A stretch of 24,000 nucleotides of DNA. It comes from Klebsiella phage pKP-BM327-1.1. Made by a program: the position numbers and the translations under genes. Each line of letters opens with the position of its first letter. The stretch's first letter is position 1. The notes under the pieces are model-generated. The model was given only the letters and a program-made list of their open reading frames with translations. It did no database searches and had not been told where the DNA came from. The DNA lies in sequence record OP413831.1. One strand, 5' to 3'. Positions 1 through 6,536 of this stretch are shown here, in pieces.

Positions 1-2
1 AT

Positions 3-341
3 CCCACCAGCATTTCAGAGTATCTGTCTGCTGTAGGTAAACTTGCTGCCCAGCAAAAAGCAGTATATGACTCCAGCCAACCACCTGTGGTTTCACAGCT
101 ATGGAGAAACTTGAATCCAGCTACATCAATACCTGATGCTATAGGTAACTTCTATAATGCCAGTCAGAATGATGACTATGTGGGAATGGGTGTAGCAGCA
201 GCTACAAGTATTCCATTCATCCCGGCTTTCAAAGTACTGAAAGCTGTTAACCCACTGATGAAACTTGATTTAGCTAAATCAGGGGCCAGAGCAGTTACCA
301 ATGAGTTAGGTAGTCGATTAAGTGACTACTTCAGTGAATAA
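3..341 (+). CDS. C-terminal part of a larger protein, possibly a large virion-associated protein (5' end outside window)
   Basis: Frame 3 stays open from the window edge (PTSISEYLSAVGKLAAQQKAVYDSSQPPVVSQLWRN...) through to the stop at 341, and is followed by a strong terminator. The GTG at 87 is probably internal. Confidence 0.6.
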   Translation, partial: PTSISEYLSAVGKLAAQQKAVYDSSQPPVVSQLWRNLNPATSIPDAIGNFYNASQNDDYVGMGVAAATSIPFIPAFKVLKAVNPLMKLDLAKSGARAVTNELGSRLSDYFSE

Positions 342-343
342 CT

Positions 344-376
344 AAAGACCTACCCTTCGGGGTAGGTTTCTTTTTT
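344..376 (+). terminator. Rho-independent terminator
   Basis: Perfect 8-bp stem ACCTACCC-TTCG-GGGTAGGT (348-367) followed by TTCTTTTTT. Confidence 0.9.
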
Positions 377-386
377 GAGGAATACT

Positions 387-608
387 ATGGCTAATTTCAA
401 CACTCCCAATGCGCGGTATATACCACTGGAGCTGGTTAAGTTAATCAAAACCAGAGCAGCTATCGGGCTTAAAGAGGCTCGATTGGAAATTCACTATGAT
501 GATCCAATGAACCCTACAGTACCCCAAGATGTACCCCCAGGAACCCATTGTAGTGCTCACAGAAGCCTGAAAACTAACATGATCATATGGGAGGCTAAAT
601 GGCCGTAA
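387..608 (+). CDS. Small protein with L7/L12 C-terminal-domain-like helix motif (paralog 1)
   Basis: 73 aa from ATG 387. Contains LELVKLIKTRAAIGLKEARLEI, resembling the L7/L12 CTD signature IKxxRxxTGLGLKEAKxLV, and is paralogous to the next two ORFs. Confidence 0.75.
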   Translation: MANFNTPNARYIPLELVKLIKTRAAIGLKEARLEIHYDDPMNPTVPQDVPPGTHCSAHRSLKTNMIIWEAKWP

Positions 609-847
609 CAGGGTACGTATACCCACAAGTGGTGATACCAGTTGCCCTGTATAGACTGGTTAAAACCAGAAGTGCTGTAGGACTCACAGAGGCTGAAATA
701 GTCCTACCTATAGGGTGTGAGTTAGGATCCTACAACGAGGAGGATCTACCCGAAGAGTTTGCTACTTGGGAAACTTTGCAAAAGTACCAAGTGATCATGG
801 GCGAAACAGTAGCATTTAAACAGTGGAACGCAATATGGACACGATAA
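599..847 (+). CDS. Small protein with L7/L12 C-terminal-domain-like helix motif (paralog 2)
   Basis: 82 aa from ATG 599, containing VIPVALYRLVKTRSAVGLTEAEIVL. Overlaps the previous ORF. Confidence 0.75.
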   Translation: MAVTGYVYPQVVIPVALYRLVKTRSAVGLTEAEIVLPIGCELGSYNEEDLPEEFATWETLQKYQVIMGETVAFKQWNAIWTR

Positions 848-1242
848 AGTATATGGTGCCGAGAGGCACTATTAAGAGAATCAAAACAGCTAATGCCATA
901 GGCATACAAGAGCTGGAGCTGAAACCAGTTACTGTCATTGCAGCAGTAGAAGGGCAATTTGAAGTCATACATAAAAATTCCATCCCAGGAATTGAAATGG
1001 ACTTAGAATCTGCCTCATTAGGCTGGATCTACTGGAAACCAGGCAATGAAGAGCAACCTGACTATGCCTCTGTGCAGGAGTACCGACGCAAAATGATGGA
1101 AGACATACTTAGAAGTCAGCAAATACCTAAGCCAGAGCAATTCATTAATAATCAGAGTATTCAGGGTACTAAAAGTGAATCTGATATAGCTGATGCTCTA
1201 AATTTCTTCAATAAAGTATACAGCAATAATACTAAGCTTTGA
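835..1242 (+). CDS. Protein with N-terminal L7/L12-like helix motif and extended C-terminus (paralog 3)
   Basis: About 135 aa from ATG 835 (track starts at GTG 823). Contains YMVPRGTIKRIKTANAIGIQELELKP. Start codon is uncertain. Confidence 0.7.
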   Translation: MDTIKYMVPRGTIKRIKTANAIGIQELELKPVTVIAAVEGQFEVIHKNSIPGIEMDLESASLGWIYWKPGNEEQPDYASVQEYRRKMMEDILRSQQIPKPEQFINNQSIQGTKSESDIADALNFFNKVYSNNTKL

Positions 1243-1267
1243 TGCCCTCCGGGCATCTTTGCGAGTG
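1232..1267 (+). other. Covarying triloop hairpin element, copy A
   Basis: Stem GATGCCC / loop TCC / GGGCATC at 1241-1257, followed by TTTGCGAGTG. Aligns without gaps to 1575-1610 at 25 of 36 positions. Confidence 0.7.
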
Positions 1268-1293
1268 TTTCCGTCAACGGTAAAGAGGATCCT

Positions 1294-1578
1294 ATGAACG
1301 CACCTGAAGCAGCGGATTTCATTAATAAATTCCCTGGTTTTACAGCTGAAGTACCTACTCAAGGGCATGTAGCAGTTAAATCAGTATTCTGGGCTGGTAA
1401 GCTCATGTATTACCCAACCAAAGGCACAGTCGATGCCAGTGGTGTTCAAGCCCTGACTGATGTCTCAAAAGGTATTGAGTTTCTCAAAGAACAGAAAGGT
1501 GGGGTAGGTACAGCACATATCATCTTGTGTGGTATTACTGCTGACAACTTCCACAAGTACCTGTTGAAGTGGGCTTAA
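1294..1578 (+). CDS. Hypothetical protein, 94 aa
   Basis: ATG preceded by AAAGAGGATCCT. Intact ORF MNAPEAADFINKFPGFTAEVPTQGHVAVKS... Confidence 0.7.
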   Translation: MNAPEAADFINKFPGFTAEVPTQGHVAVKSVFWAGKLMYYPTKGTVDASGVQALTDVSKGIEFLKEQKGGVGTAHIILCGITADNFHKYLLKWA

Positions 1579-1610
1579 GCCTTTGTGACCTCCGGTCACT
1601 TCTGTGAGTC
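1575..1610 (+). other. Covarying triloop hairpin element, copy B
   Basis: Stem GTGACC / loop TCC / GGTCAC at 1585-1599, followed by TTCTGTGAGTC. A second hairpin GAGTC-GCTC-GACTC follows at 1606-1619. Confidence 0.7.
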
Positions 1611-1655
1611 GCTCGACTCATTACCATCACTTAATTCTTATCTATGCCTTTGGCA

Positions 1656-1672
1656 GGGGAGCTAGTCTCCCC
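1656..1672 (+). other. Stem-loop GGGGAG-CTAGT-CTCCCC
   Basis: 6-bp G/C-rich perfect inverted repeat in a noncoding interval, followed by ACATTTTC. Confidence 0.5.
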
Positions 1673-1755
1673 ACATTTTCAATGGATTACAGTGCTTTGT
1701 ATCTTTACAAACCAGTGTGATTCACATAGTGTTGATCACCTAGACAGGAGGAACT

Positions 1756-1908
1756 ATGAAGCAATTCATGTGGTTTATCTTGTCGCTACTGTTTCTGTAC
1801 CGCCTTGTATCAGAGACAGTCTCGTTACTCGTTCAAACGCCCGTAACGGCGATCCTGCTAGTGAGTCCGAAGACTCGACCAGCGCACATTCGAGGGATGT
1901 GTAGATAG
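1756..1908 (+). CDS. Putative 50-aa membrane microprotein (absent from ORF track)
   Basis: ATG preceded by the strong Shine-Dalgarno AGGAGG (1746-1751). Translation MKQFMWFILSLLFLYRLVSETVSLLVQTPVTAILLVSPKTRPAHIRGMCR*, with a hydrophobic N-terminal half. Confidence 0.55.
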   Translation: MKQFMWFILSLLFLYRLVSETVSLLVQTPVTAILLVSPKTRPAHIRGMCR

Positions 1909-1933
1909 CGACGAAACAAGGCATACTCGAAAT

Positions 1934-1960
1934 AGCCCACTCAATGTAGTGGGCTTTTTC
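1934..1960 (+). terminator. Rho-independent terminator
   Basis: AGCCCAC (1934-1940) pairs with GTGGGCT (1949-1955), followed by TTTTC. Confidence 0.85.
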
Positions 1961-1991
1961 ATATCTTAAGATCAGTAGTTCAGAGTGTTCC

Positions 1992-2013
1992 AGTAGTACT
2001 TCTTAGTACTACT
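1992..2013. promoter_or_regulatory. Inverted repeat, possible operator or RNA hairpin
   Basis: AGTAGTAC-TTCTTA-GTACTACT, a perfect 8-bp inverted repeat in intergenic DNA. Confidence 0.5.
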
Positions 2014-2024
2014 AGTACGCTTTC

Positions 2025-2117
2025 AACCTATATTCTAAATTTACCAAAAATCCCCATTTTGACTAAAGTAACCTATAGGCTAACGGGGTTTAAGACAGTC
2101 TTAACCTATATCCTAAA
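2025..2117. repeat. Three copies of a ~14-15 nt motif AACCTATAnnCTAA(A/C)
   Basis: AACCTATATTCTAAA (2025-2039), AACCTATAGGCTAAC (2070-2084), AACCTATATCCTAAA (2103-2117). Confidence 0.75.
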
Positions 2118-2126
2118 GAGGCTCCT

Positions 2127-2375
2127 ATGATCTATGTATTAATTGCTTTAGCCATTTGCTGTATCAACTTTATCTGGTGGACACACCTGGTAAGGATCTC
2201 AAAAGCTGAACTGGAAAAAGCTGAGTACGAGTACGAAGCTACCCAGACAGTCAAAGCTCACTTACGCCTCTGTGGTTATGAGGCAAAACTTCACCGTCAA
2301 CAAATGTGGCAAGGGTTCTGGGGAATCACAGCGTTCATCTGCACCCTTGTCTGGAGCTGTATGTATAATGGATAA
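2127..2375 (+). CDS. Hypothetical membrane protein, 82 aa
   Basis: ATG preceded by AAAGAGG. Two hydrophobic segments (MIYVLIALAICCINFIWW and MWQGFWGITAFICTLVWSC) flank a charged segment. Confidence 0.65.
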   Translation: MIYVLIALAICCINFIWWTHLVRISKAELEKAEYEYEATQTVKAHLRLCGYEAKLHRQQMWQGFWGITAFICTLVWSCMYNG

Positions 2376-2523
2376 AAATGAAATCAATAAAACGATGAAA
2401 GACTTCGACGAAGCTATCGACAAAGCGGAAGCTGAGGTAGCTCGTCTGCAAGAACTTCGTCGTGAGTTCATCAATCAATACAACCTGAATAAGGAAACCA
2501 GTGATGATCTCTGTACTAATTAA
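2368..2523 (+). CDS. Hypothetical coiled-coil-like small protein, 51 aa
   Basis: ATG 2368 (MDKNEINKTMKDFDEAIDKAEAEVARLQELRREF...). Short overlap with the previous ORF. The track start at 2272 would overlap that ORF heavily. Confidence 0.6.
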   Translation: MDKNEINKTMKDFDEAIDKAEAEVARLQELRREFINQYNLNKETSDDLCTN

Positions 2524-2647
2524 TGGTGCTTCAATCTTCATTAGCTACTTGGTATTCACCTTCCTGCACTGGGAAGTAGCTTATGTTGTGGGGCTTCAGA
2601 GTGCAATGTCCTACATGATAGGATTATTTACATTCCCTAAATTATAA
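2504..2647 (+). CDS. Putative 47-aa membrane microprotein (absent from ORF track)
   Basis: ORF from ATG 2504: MISVLINGASIFISYLVFTFLHWEVAYVVGLQSAMSYMIGLFTFPKL*. Overlaps the upstream stop and fills an otherwise empty gap. Confidence 0.5.
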   Translation: MISVLINGASIFISYLVFTFLHWEVAYVVGLQSAMSYMIGLFTFPKL

Positions 2648-2658
2648 GGAAACCAGTA

Positions 2659-3321
2659 ATGAAGACATGGTGGATCAATCGTGATCCTGAAACCCATGCC
2701 TACCTTCCTGAATGCCAATCCATAAGCCAGAGTAATTCTTATACCAAGCATGAACCAGGCTTCAACGGTTCCCCTCGTCTCTTGTTAGCTAAACGGAATG
2801 CTTCACAAGCATTAACTCTGTGGCGGTTGGGTAAATGGGGAATGCATTGGGAAGATGGTATTGATGTGTATCAAAGTAAACCTCACCGTGAAACACTTCC
2901 AATGGAGACAGTCGAAGTGACTATTCAACGCTGCCTTGAAGGCAAACCAATGGTATTCGTATTCGGATCCAATGAAGCAGGTATCCATGGTGCTGGTGCT
3001 GCTAAAACAGCCTTACAGCTTTATGGTGCTGTACTGGGTAAAGGTCATGGTCACTATGGCAACAGCTATGCTCTACCTACTAAGTCTCCTGGCTTACGTA
3101 CTCTACGTGGTCAGGTGATCCATGAATATGTGGATACCTTCCTGGCTTATGCCAGAGATCATGGTGAACTGAATTTCATGGTCACTCGTGTGGGATGTGG
3201 TCTTGCTGGCTTAAAAGACAGCGATGTTGCTCTTATGTTCAAAAATGCCCCAGACAACTGCTATTTCGATAAGGTCTGGGAACAGTATTTAATCAATCCT
3301 AAAGTGTGGGGGACTTTTTGA
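2659..3321 (+). CDS. A1S_2505-type phage non-structural protein / macro-domain-like
   Basis: 220 aa with MVFVFGSNEAGIHGAGAAKTAL...GHGHYGNSYALPTKSPGLRTL and VTRVGCGLAGLKDSDVA, motifs typical of this phage protein family. Confidence 0.75.
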   Translation: MKTWWINRDPETHAYLPECQSISQSNSYTKHEPGFNGSPRLLLAKRNASQALTLWRLGKWGMHWEDGIDVYQSKPHRETLPMETVEVTIQRCLEGKPMVFVFGSNEAGIHGAGAAKTALQLYGAVLGKGHGHYGNSYALPTKSPGLRTLRGQVIHEYVDTFLAYARDHGELNFMVTRVGCGLAGLKDSDVALMFKNAPDNCYFDKVWEQYLINPKVWGTF

Positions 3322-3512
3322 AAAAGTCAGAAATTGCTTTGATGAAGAAGTTACTCACTACTTACAAAGATGAACTTCTTCAAAAGGCATGTGAGTTTAA
3401 CCCTCCCAATAGGGAATTAGCTCACTTGTCTAATAAAGTAAAAAACGCAGTACTCGACATTAATGATGCTGAGTGCTTATTGAAAAAGTTAAAAAATAAG
3501 GAATCCAAATGA
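3306..3512 (+). CDS. Hypothetical small protein
   Basis: Intact ORF ending in an ATGA overlap with the next gene. Start codon uncertain (GTG 3306, TTG 3318 or ATG 3342). Confidence 0.5.
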   Translation: MGDFLKKSEIALMKKLLTTYKDELLQKACEFNPPNRELAHLSNKVKNAVLDINDAECLLKKLKNKESK

Positions 3513-4051
3513 CAGCTATCAACTCTGCTGCACTTCTGGCTATGGCTCGTGAAGGCTACTGTATGCACCAAATCTCCGCAGTATCCGGGGTTAAAATGGA
3601 AACTGTACGGGGCATTCTCCGTGCTGCAAACCAGAATGGTGAATATGATGCTGCCCTGCATCTGTCACCTACTAAACGCCAGTTGTTCCATAACCCCCAA
3701 ATTCTGGCTTCCCGTGCCTACATGTACCCACAAGTGCCTCCTATGGACTATGGCAAGCTGGAAGAACGTATCCATGCTCTCATGGCCTCTGGTGAAAATG
3801 TCTGGGGTAACCCAGAAGTTAAACCAGCAAAGCCTAAACTGACTCCTACGGAGTATCTGAAAGTAGCTCGGGATACTGCTGCCATTCTGGCCGCTAAAAA
3901 ATCACTGGAAAAGGCTAAAGAAGTAGTCGATTCCATTAACCCATTAACCTATGTCCAACACCTGGAAGATGAAGATCTGATATATCTACTTCAGGTAGGG
4001 ATGAACGAACTGCAAAAACGCTATTATGGAAAAGATGAAGCCAGTAGTTAA
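3509..4051 (+). CDS. Hypothetical protein with N-terminal helix-turn-helix-like segment
   Basis: 180 aa with LLAMAREGYCMHQISAVSGVKMETVRGILRAA. ATG overlaps the previous TGA. Confidence 0.65.
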   Translation: MTAINSAALLAMAREGYCMHQISAVSGVKMETVRGILRAANQNGEYDAALHLSPTKRQLFHNPQILASRAYMYPQVPPMDYGKLEERIHALMASGENVWGNPEVKPAKPKLTPTEYLKVARDTAAILAAKKSLEKAKEVVDSINPLTYVQHLEDEDLIYLLQVGMNELQKRYYGKDEASS

Positions 4052-4223
4052 TAGCCTCTATCCCACAGCCGACAGTCTGGACGATGCAATGAATCGTGCT
4101 AAAGCCAGTCTGTATGGCTGCTCCCCTAACGATGTACATGCTGCTGTCATGTGCTACCACAATACCTTGATCAAAGAGATGCTCAATGCTCGACAAGATA
4201 CTGGAGGAGCTTCCCAACCGTAG
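4026..4223 (+). CDS. Hypothetical small protein
   Basis: 65 aa, overlapping neighbours at both ends. The true start may be ATG 4035. Confidence 0.5.
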   Translation: MEKMKPVVNSLYPTADSLDDAMNRAKASLYGCSPNDVHAAVMCYHNTLIKEMLNARQDTGGASQP

Positions 4224-4554
4224 GGAGGAAGTTCTTGCCCGTGTATTCGAACGAGTAGATATCAAAGATCTTGGCTTTAAACTTGAAGGCTTACCAAGCC
4301 CTTGCTTCATATGGACTGGCCCTGATTCAGGGACTGGACGTGGTGGAGGCTATGGGCGCGTGAGTCTCAATAGCCAAACTGTAGCTACTCACCTCGTTGT
4401 ATATACCCACTTCTATGGTTATATCCCATCCAAGAAGCAGATAGACCATAAGTGTCGTAATCGCTTGTGCTGTAATCCAGCACATCTGGAAATGGTAAGC
4501 CAGAAAGAAAACCAGAAAAGAAAGGTTGCACATATTAAAGGAGCCAAGAAATGA
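4186..4554 (+). CDS. HNH endonuclease
   Basis: Contains CFIWTG...GYGRVSL...IDHKCRNRLCCNPAHLEMVSQKEN, a classical phage HNH signature. Confidence 0.9.
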   Translation: MLDKILEELPNRREEVLARVFERVDIKDLGFKLEGLPSPCFIWTGPDSGTGRGGGYGRVSLNSQTVATHLVVYTHFYGYIPSKKQIDHKCRNRLCCNPAHLEMVSQKENQKRKVAHIKGAKK

Positions 4555-4739
4555 AAGAAGATTGCTTTTTTGCTTTCGTGGCTGGTGGTGTCCTTGGTGT
4601 GATAATCATGGGTTTACTCATGTCCTATGTTGGCCCCAACTCCAAAGACAAAGTTGATGCCCGTAAAGCTGAATGTGAGCTTAACATTCCCCGTAACCAA
4701 AACTGTGTAATGCAGTTTATTCCAGAGAAATCAAAATGA
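4551..4739 (+). CDS. Small membrane protein
   Basis: 62 aa with N-terminal hydrophobic segment FFAFVAGGVLGVIIMGLLMSYV. ATGA-coupled on both sides. Confidence 0.65.
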   Translation: MKEDCFFAFVAGGVLGVIIMGLLMSYVGPNSKDKVDARKAECELNIPRNQNCVMQFIPEKSK

Positions 4740-4981
4740 AAAAGTTATTACTAATTTGTATTACCGGTGTATTACTGGCCGGATGTACTGATGCCCAACA
4801 AGCTGCCTTATTCTCTTATGGGAGCAAGACCAAAATTGAATGTTGGTCAGGTGGTCAGAAAATCTTCAATGATGAATCAACTGGTAAAGTTACCATTGAT
4901 CGATCAGGTATTTACTATAAGTCAGTTAAAACTGGCAATCTGGTTCATACCTATGCCGATTGTATTATCAGCCAAGAGTAA
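4736..4981 (+). CDS. Small lipoprotein
   Basis: 81 aa: MKKLLLICITGVLLAGC is a signal peptide with the lipobox LAGC. Mature part contains two further cysteines. Confidence 0.8.
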   Translation: MKKLLLICITGVLLAGCTDAQQAALFSYGSKTKIECWSGGQKIFNDESTGKVTIDRSGIYYKSVKTGNLVHTYADCIISQE

Positions 4982-4987
4982 CTTCCT

Positions 4988-5014
4988 AAACCTGGTTTCA
5001 TGTAAGCCAGGTTT
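4988..5014 (+). other. Stem-loop AAACCTGG...CCAGGTTT
   Basis: 8-bp perfect stem with 11-nt loop between genes. No T-tract, so possibly a processing or attenuation element. Confidence 0.5.
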
Positions 5015-5037
5015 GTGAATCTTACTCTGGAGGCTCT

Positions 5038-5241
5038 ATGTCAATTCGCTGTCGTATGAATGGTCACTGTGTTGAAATGTGGCTTGGGCCACCAGATGAC
5101 CCTGAATCAGATCTCATAGCCTGTTTTGATAAGGCTTACTTACCCGAAGTTCAAACTCAATTAAACCAGATGCACAAATGGCCTAAGTTACACCAGTATG
5201 ATGGCAAAGTGCGTCCTGTAAAAAGGAATCCTCATGTTTGA
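5038..5241 (+). CDS. Hypothetical protein, 67 aa
   Basis: ATG preceded by CTGGAGGCTCT. Overlaps the next start by 8 nt. Confidence 0.65.
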   Translation: MSIRCRMNGHCVEMWLGPPDDPESDLIACFDKAYLPEVQTQLNQMHKWPKLHQYDGKVRPVKRNPHV

Positions 5242-5473
5242 TGTTGCAATAAGAATCGGTGTCACTACCGATACTACCCCAGAAATTACTGTTCAAGTGA
5301 TCCTTGATGGTGTGCCTATCATGGATCCTCAAGTCATTACTGCTCAGATAATGTCTGCTGTATCAAACAAGATCCTTGCCCAAGGTGGTAAGGGTATTGG
5401 TTACATGATCAATCAAGACGGTAGCTTAGGCGACCGTATTAAATTCACCGCATCTAAAGTAGAGACTATCTAA
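5234..5473 (+). CDS. Hypothetical protein, 79 aa
   Basis: Intact ORF MFDVAIRIGVTTDTTPEITVQVILDGVP... packed against the MoxR-like gene. Confidence 0.65.
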   Translation: MFDVAIRIGVTTDTTPEITVQVILDGVPIMDPQVITAQIMSAVSNKILAQGGKGIGYMINQDGSLGDRIKFTASKVETI

Positions 5474-5474
5474 C

Positions 5475-6527
5475 ATGGCAACGACTCTGACAACTCCACT
5501 CGACATTTCCAAAGCTGCTACTACCGTAGCCCACATCATGAAGCAAGGGCTTGTACCGATGCTGTATGGTGCCCCTGGCTTCGGTAAATCCTCTATTGCA
5601 CAGGAAGTAGCTGATACCTACAACCTGCTGCTGATCGATCTACGTCTGGCTGGTATGGAACCAGTGGACATGAACGGCGTATTGGGCTTCAACGAAGACA
5701 AGTCCAAAGGTAAATACATCCCTCTGGATGAGATCCCACTGGAAGGCGATCCTATCCCAGTTAACCCTAAAACTGGTAAGCAGTATGCTGGTTTCCTGGT
5801 ACTGCTGGACGAACTGACCTCTGCTGCTGATGATACCAAAGCTGCAAGCTACAAGTTCATTCTGGACAAGAAAGTAGGCCAGAAACACGTACACAAACGT
5901 ATGTGGATCATGGCTGCTGGTAACCGTGAAGATGATGGTGCAATTGCATCCTCTCTGGGTACTGCTCTGGGTTCTCGTGTGGTCAACCTGACTATCAAAG
6001 AAAACCTGAAGTACTGGCTGAAACTGTTCACTGCAACCCTGGATCCTCGTATTGTGGCATTCCTCAACTACGAACCAGATGCATTCAACAAGTTTAACCC
6101 GGATGCCAACGAGTATACCCATGCGTGTGCCCGCACCTGGTCTATGCTGTCCAAGCTCATCACCCCGCTGGAATCTATTGAAGGCTGGGAACCGATGATC
6201 GACGGTACTGTAGGCGTAGCTACTGGCCGCAGCTTCCGAACCTTCGTTACTTACTTCTCTAAAGTAGTAACTATGGAACAGATCCTCAAAGATCCTGAAG
6301 GTGCTCGTATCCCGACTAACGAACCATCCTGGATGTATGCCCTTACTGGTGTACTGGCTCGTGGTGTAGCTGAAGATAACATTGCTAAAGCAATGACCTT
6401 CATTGAGCGTATGCCAGCGTCCTACCAGGTGATCTCAATGCGTAGCATCATTGCACGTAACCCTAAACTCGGCGGTAACGTCGAAGTAAGTGCATGGTGT
6501 GAGCGTCACGCTAACGAACTTTTCTAA
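5475..6527 (+). CDS. MoxR-type AAA+ ATPase
   Basis: Walker A YGAPGFGKSS, Walker B FLVLLDELTSA, and MWIMAAGNREDD sensor-1-like region. Adjacent to a VWA protein. Confidence 0.9.
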   Translation: MATTLTTPLDISKAATTVAHIMKQGLVPMLYGAPGFGKSSIAQEVADTYNLLLIDLRLAGMEPVDMNGVLGFNEDKSKGKYIPLDEIPLEGDPIPVNPKTGKQYAGFLVLLDELTSAADDTKAASYKFILDKKVGQKHVHKRMWIMAAGNREDDGAIASSLGTALGSRVVNLTIKENLKYWLKLFTATLDPRIVAFLNYEPDAFNKFNPDANEYTHACARTWSMLSKLITPLESIEGWEPMIDGTVGVATGRSFRTFVTYFSKVVTMEQILKDPEGARIPTNEPSWMYALTGVLARGVAEDNIAKAMTFIERMPASYQVISMRSIIARNPKLGGNVEVSAWCERHANELF

Positions 6528-6536
6528 GGAATTACA

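Noticed and set aside
1823-1848. Possible tRNA T-arm (GTTCAAAC) near 1830
   Set aside because: The flanking bases do not pair as a T-stem and no acceptor, D-arm or anticodon arm could be assembled. No tRNA is called.
1644-1904. Minus-strand 86-aa ORF in the hairpin-rich interval
   Set aside because: Opposes the surrounding operon direction and the AGGAGG-led plus-strand ORF. Low-complexity hydrophilic C-terminus, no motifs.
2050-2090. TTGACT...CCTATAGG resembling a sigma70 or T7-type promoter
   Set aside because: Only ~9 bp separates TTGACT and TATAGG rather than ~17, and no T7-type consensus beyond CTATAGG is present. Kept only as part of the repeat cluster.
3549-3842. Plus-strand 97-aa ORF inside the 3509-4051 gene
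   Set aside because: Out-of-frame shadow of a larger, coupled ORF. Composition looks like a frame-shifted translation.
5618-6122. Minus-strand ORFs opposite the MoxR gene (73, 160 and 72 aa)
   Set aside because: Antisense to strong Walker A/B coding sequence, mutually overlapping, no ribosome-binding support or motifs.
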